A stretch of DNA of 64,000 nt from contig JALVYU010000026.1 in the NCBI GenBank assembly GCA_027022365.1, positions 480,001 through 544,000 of the forward strand, read 5' to 3'. The notes beneath the pieces are model-generated. The model ran no database searches. It had not been told where the DNA came from and saw nothing but the letters and a program-made list of their open reading frames with translations. Of the stretch, positions 61,412 to 64,000 are shown piece by piece. Made by a program: the position numbers and the translations under genes. The stretch comes from Desulfurococcales archaeon (lineage in GTDB: Archaea; Thermoproteota; Thermoprotei_A; Sulfolobales; Desulfurococcaceae). Each line of letters opens with the position of its first letter. The stretch's first letter is position 1.

Positions 61412-62232
61412 TCGAAATGCCCTATGGTTTCTCCCTAGCGGGATGGAGTGATTTAAGGAGAGTAGTGTCGAGAGCTGATGTTGTTCTAGAAGTTATCGAT
61501 GCACGTGACCCTCTAGGAACCCGTAGCCGCAGGCTTGAAAGAATAGTGGAAGAGATGGGGCGCGAGCTCCTCTTAGTACTTAATAAGAGCGACCTAGTAC
61601 CGAGAACCATAGTGGAGGAATGGGTACACCTCTTCAGGGACAGAGGCTATAGAGCAGTATATGTGGCGGCTACACGGTACTGGGGAACAAAATACCTGCG
61701 TCGAGCGATAAAAGAGGCAGCTCCTGCGCTTCCGGTAATTGTCGCCGTTGTTGGTTATCCGAAAACAGGTAAGTCTTCCATAATTAATGCTTTAAAGGGC
61801 AGACATTCAGCATCAACTAGTCCAATACCTGGTAGCCCAGGATATACTCATCATGTTCAGCTCTACCGTGTCGAGAAAAACATACTAATGATAGACACCC
61901 CGGGTGTAATCCCAGTTGAGGGAGGAGAGCTAGAGAGGATAATAAGGGGTCAGAGCCCCGAGCAACTAGACGATCCTGTCCCTCCAGCGATAAAGCTTAT
62001 TGAGAGAATATTAGATCATGTACCAACGGCTTTTATCCAGGCGTACAAGATAAGGGCTAGGGAGCCGATTAGGATACTCGAGGAGCTCGCCAAGCATAGA
62101 GGGTGGTTCTACAAGAAGACGAAGGAGCCCCTGATCGAGGAGGCGGCCAGAACGATCATAAGGGATTATCATAGGGGGAAGATACCCTTCTATATTAAAC
62201 CTTCTAGAACCATTATTCTTGACATGGTGTAA
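61408..62232 (+). CDS. circularly permuted ribosome-biogenesis GTPase (RbgA/YlqF family)
   Basis: DARDP, NKSDL, GYPKTGKSS, DTPG in permuted order. Confidence 0.92.
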   Translation: MIEMPYGFSLAGWSDLRRVVSRADVVLEVIDARDPLGTRSRRLERIVEEMGRELLLVLNKSDLVPRTIVEEWVHLFRDRGYRAVYVAATRYWGTKYLRRAIKEAAPALPVIVAVVGYPKTGKSSIINALKGRHSASTSPIPGSPGYTHHVQLYRVEKNILMIDTPGVIPVEGGELERIIRGQSPEQLDDPVPPAIKLIERILDHVPTAFIQAYKIRAREPIRILEELAKHRGWFYKKTKEPLIEEAARTIIRDYHRGKIPFYIKPSRTIILDMV

Positions 62233-62234
62233 GA

Positions 62235-62957
62235 ATGTTTCCAGACGAGCTCGAGAGATACCATAGACAACTGCTCGTTATCGGCGAGGAGGGCCAAGAG
62301 AAGCTCCATAGGTCAGCAGTTCTAGTTGTAGGCGTCGGTGGACTTGGATCAATAGCGTCGCTTTACTTGGGAGCAGCTGGCGTGGGCAGACTTGTTCTAA
62401 TAGATAATGGACTCGTAGAACTCAGCAATTTGCAGAGGCAGATCCTCTATACCATGGATGATCTAGGGAGACCCAAGGTGTACTGTGCCGCTAAGAGATT
62501 AAGTTTACTCAATCCCAGCATTAATATACATCCTATTTACTCAGAGGCATCACCTGATCTTTTAAGACGTATAATTAGGGAGGTAGATCTCGTTGTTGAC
62601 GGTCTAGATAACTGGGAGACCCGCGTTGTTGTTGATAAGATATGCTATGAGCTCGGAAAACCATTTATTCACGCGGGAATACATGGGTTCTATGGCCAGC
62701 TATACATTGCATGGCCCGGTAAAACACCTTGCCTTAGATGCGTGTTTTCACACCCTCCGAGAAGAACTGATAAACCTATCCCGGTATTCTCGACAACGCC
62801 GGGCGTTCTCGGCTTGCTTGAGGCCAATGAAGCACTGAAGATCTTGACTGGTGCGGGCGAGCCTTTCTTGAACAAGATACTGGTCTATGATGGTAGAACA
62901 GGGTTATTCGACTACGTCGAGATAAAAAGTGGTAATTGCAAAGTATGTGAGGAGTGA
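62235..62957 (+). CDS. MoeB/ThiF (UbaA-like) E1 enzyme
   Basis: RY.RQ, G.GGLG, SNLQRQ, CLRC, C-terminal CKVC. Confidence 0.92.
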   Translation: MFPDELERYHRQLLVIGEEGQEKLHRSAVLVVGVGGLGSIASLYLGAAGVGRLVLIDNGLVELSNLQRQILYTMDDLGRPKVYCAAKRLSLLNPSINIHPIYSEASPDLLRRIIREVDLVVDGLDNWETRVVVDKICYELGKPFIHAGIHGFYGQLYIAWPGKTPCLRCVFSHPPRRTDKPIPVFSTTPGVLGLLEANEALKILTGAGEPFLNKILVYDGRTGLFDYVEIKSGNCKVCEE

Positions 62958-62966
62958 TAACCTTAG

Positions 62967-63227
62967 CTAGCCCCATCTTCGGCGTAGTAAACACCACTCT
63001 GTCTCCATCCTTAAGCCTGTAGCCGGGCCCGTCAACAGGTTTCCCATTAACAATGATAGTGAACACCAGTCTTCCTTCTTTGACGCTCCTGTAGAATCTC
63101 TTGCTGATCTTTCGCCTATTTCTTCTATCAGATCCTCAATGGTAGCTTTTTCCGGTAGTTCTAGCTTTGCCAGGTGTTTCCCAACGATTTGCCCCGCTCT
63201 TGCTAAAAATACTACCGTGACCTGCAT
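62967..63227 (-). pseudogene. MoaD/SAMP gene with two homopolymer indels (pseudogene or sequencing error)
   Basis: N-half ...IGE, shifted frame ISKRFY...IIVNG...LKDGDRVVFTTP.MG; di-Gly lost. Confidence 0.75.
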
Positions 63228-63387
63228 TTCATCATCAATAATTGAGTCTACATCGACAAATTATATTTGTCGTGATTGAAACTGTATCAAAAGAATACAT
63301 CTATTATTGTTTATTAATCATATGACTATTCTAAAAAACAAACGGCGTAATAAGGCCTATCAATATACATATTCATTGGGAACCCAG

Positions 63388-64000
63388 ATGAGAGTGTTAT
63401 TGACACTTCCACCTGGTATCCATGACCTAGAAATATATAGGGTTACTGGTCTCACAGCACCTCCCTTAGGCCTAGCATATATCGCGGCAATTCTTGAGCG
63501 TGATGGACACCGGGTCAAGATACTGGATACCCCTACACTGAAAATGGATCTAGACACATGGGTTCAAAACATCAAGTCCTGGTCTCCCGACATAATAGGT
63601 TTCTCGATCCTCACACCTACTGCGCCGAAAGCATACGTGGCTGCCAGGAAGATCAAGGAGGAAATAGACGACATAATACTTGTTGCTGGAGGACAGCACC
63701 CCACGTATATGTGGAGCGAGACGCTGGATAATGGGTTCGACATAATAGTTAGAGGAGAAGGCGAAATAACTGCTAGAGAGCTCATAAAAACTATTGATAA
63801 ACATGGAATGGATCCCGCGGAGCTAAGAAGAGTTGCCGGCATTGTTTTTCGCGACAAGCATGGCAAAATAGTTGCAACAAGGGAGAGGCCCCTCATTTAC
63901 AATCTCGATGTGCTTCCCTGGCCTGCCCGTCACCTTCTTCCCATGGATAAATATACTTTGTTCGGGAAGAAGATACGGGTTGCCCATATTATGGCTAGTA
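63388..64000 (+). CDS. cobalamin-binding radical SAM protein, 5' part
   Basis: Manual translation MRVLL...PPLGLAYIAA...GGQHPT...RGEGE...LPWPARHL; runs off window. Confidence 0.88.
   Translation, partial: MRVLLTLPPGIHDLEIYRVTGLTAPPLGLAYIAAILERDGHRVKILDTPTLKMDLDTWVQNIKSWSPDIIGFSILTPTAPKAYVAARKIKEEIDDIILVAGGQHPTYMWSETLDNGFDIIVRGEGEITARELIKTIDKHGMDPAELRRVAGIVFRDKHGKIVATRERPLIYNLDVLPWPARHLLPMDKYTLFGKKIRVAHIMAS

Noticed and set aside
63388-64000. B12 radical SAM as a tetraether-modifying enzyme linked to tes
   Set aside because: Truncated by the window edge, 9 kb from tes, and subfamily cannot be assigned by eye

Overview
Chromosomal window from a crenarchaeon, most consistent with Desulfurococcales: unsplit rpoB, Fe-S RpoD, long S6e, no EF-2 in the str cluster, many TTG/GTG starts. 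1-31.5 kb is housekeeping (KEOPS, aIF2g, aIF5B, ribosomal proteins, gltX, fni, EF-1a, rpoH-B-A1-A2). 31.7-46.3 kb is a 14.6-kb provirus integrated in the 5' half of tRNA-Ala(GGC), bounded by 46-bp att repeats that split its tyrosine integrase. It combines a fusellovirus-like ATPase/A154-like module with an inovirus-like set of small single-helix coat candidates, four proteins sharing a C-terminal 'FLxK' anchor, and a possible secreted toxin/immunity cassette. The integrase coding sequence carries an exact 14-nt copy of the host tRNA promoter, and three families of operator-like DNA motifs are readable. 46.5-54.2 kb holds ferritin-like genes, cdc6, tRNAs, Moco genes and a tetraether synthase. 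54.3-58.4 kb is a second, 4.1-kb, internally deleted SSV-type element in tRNA-Val(GAC), with a phased iteron array and arm-like repeats. The rest is housekeeping plus a structured ncRNA candidate and a frameshifted SAMP gene. All homologies are recognised by eye or from recall; no searches were run.
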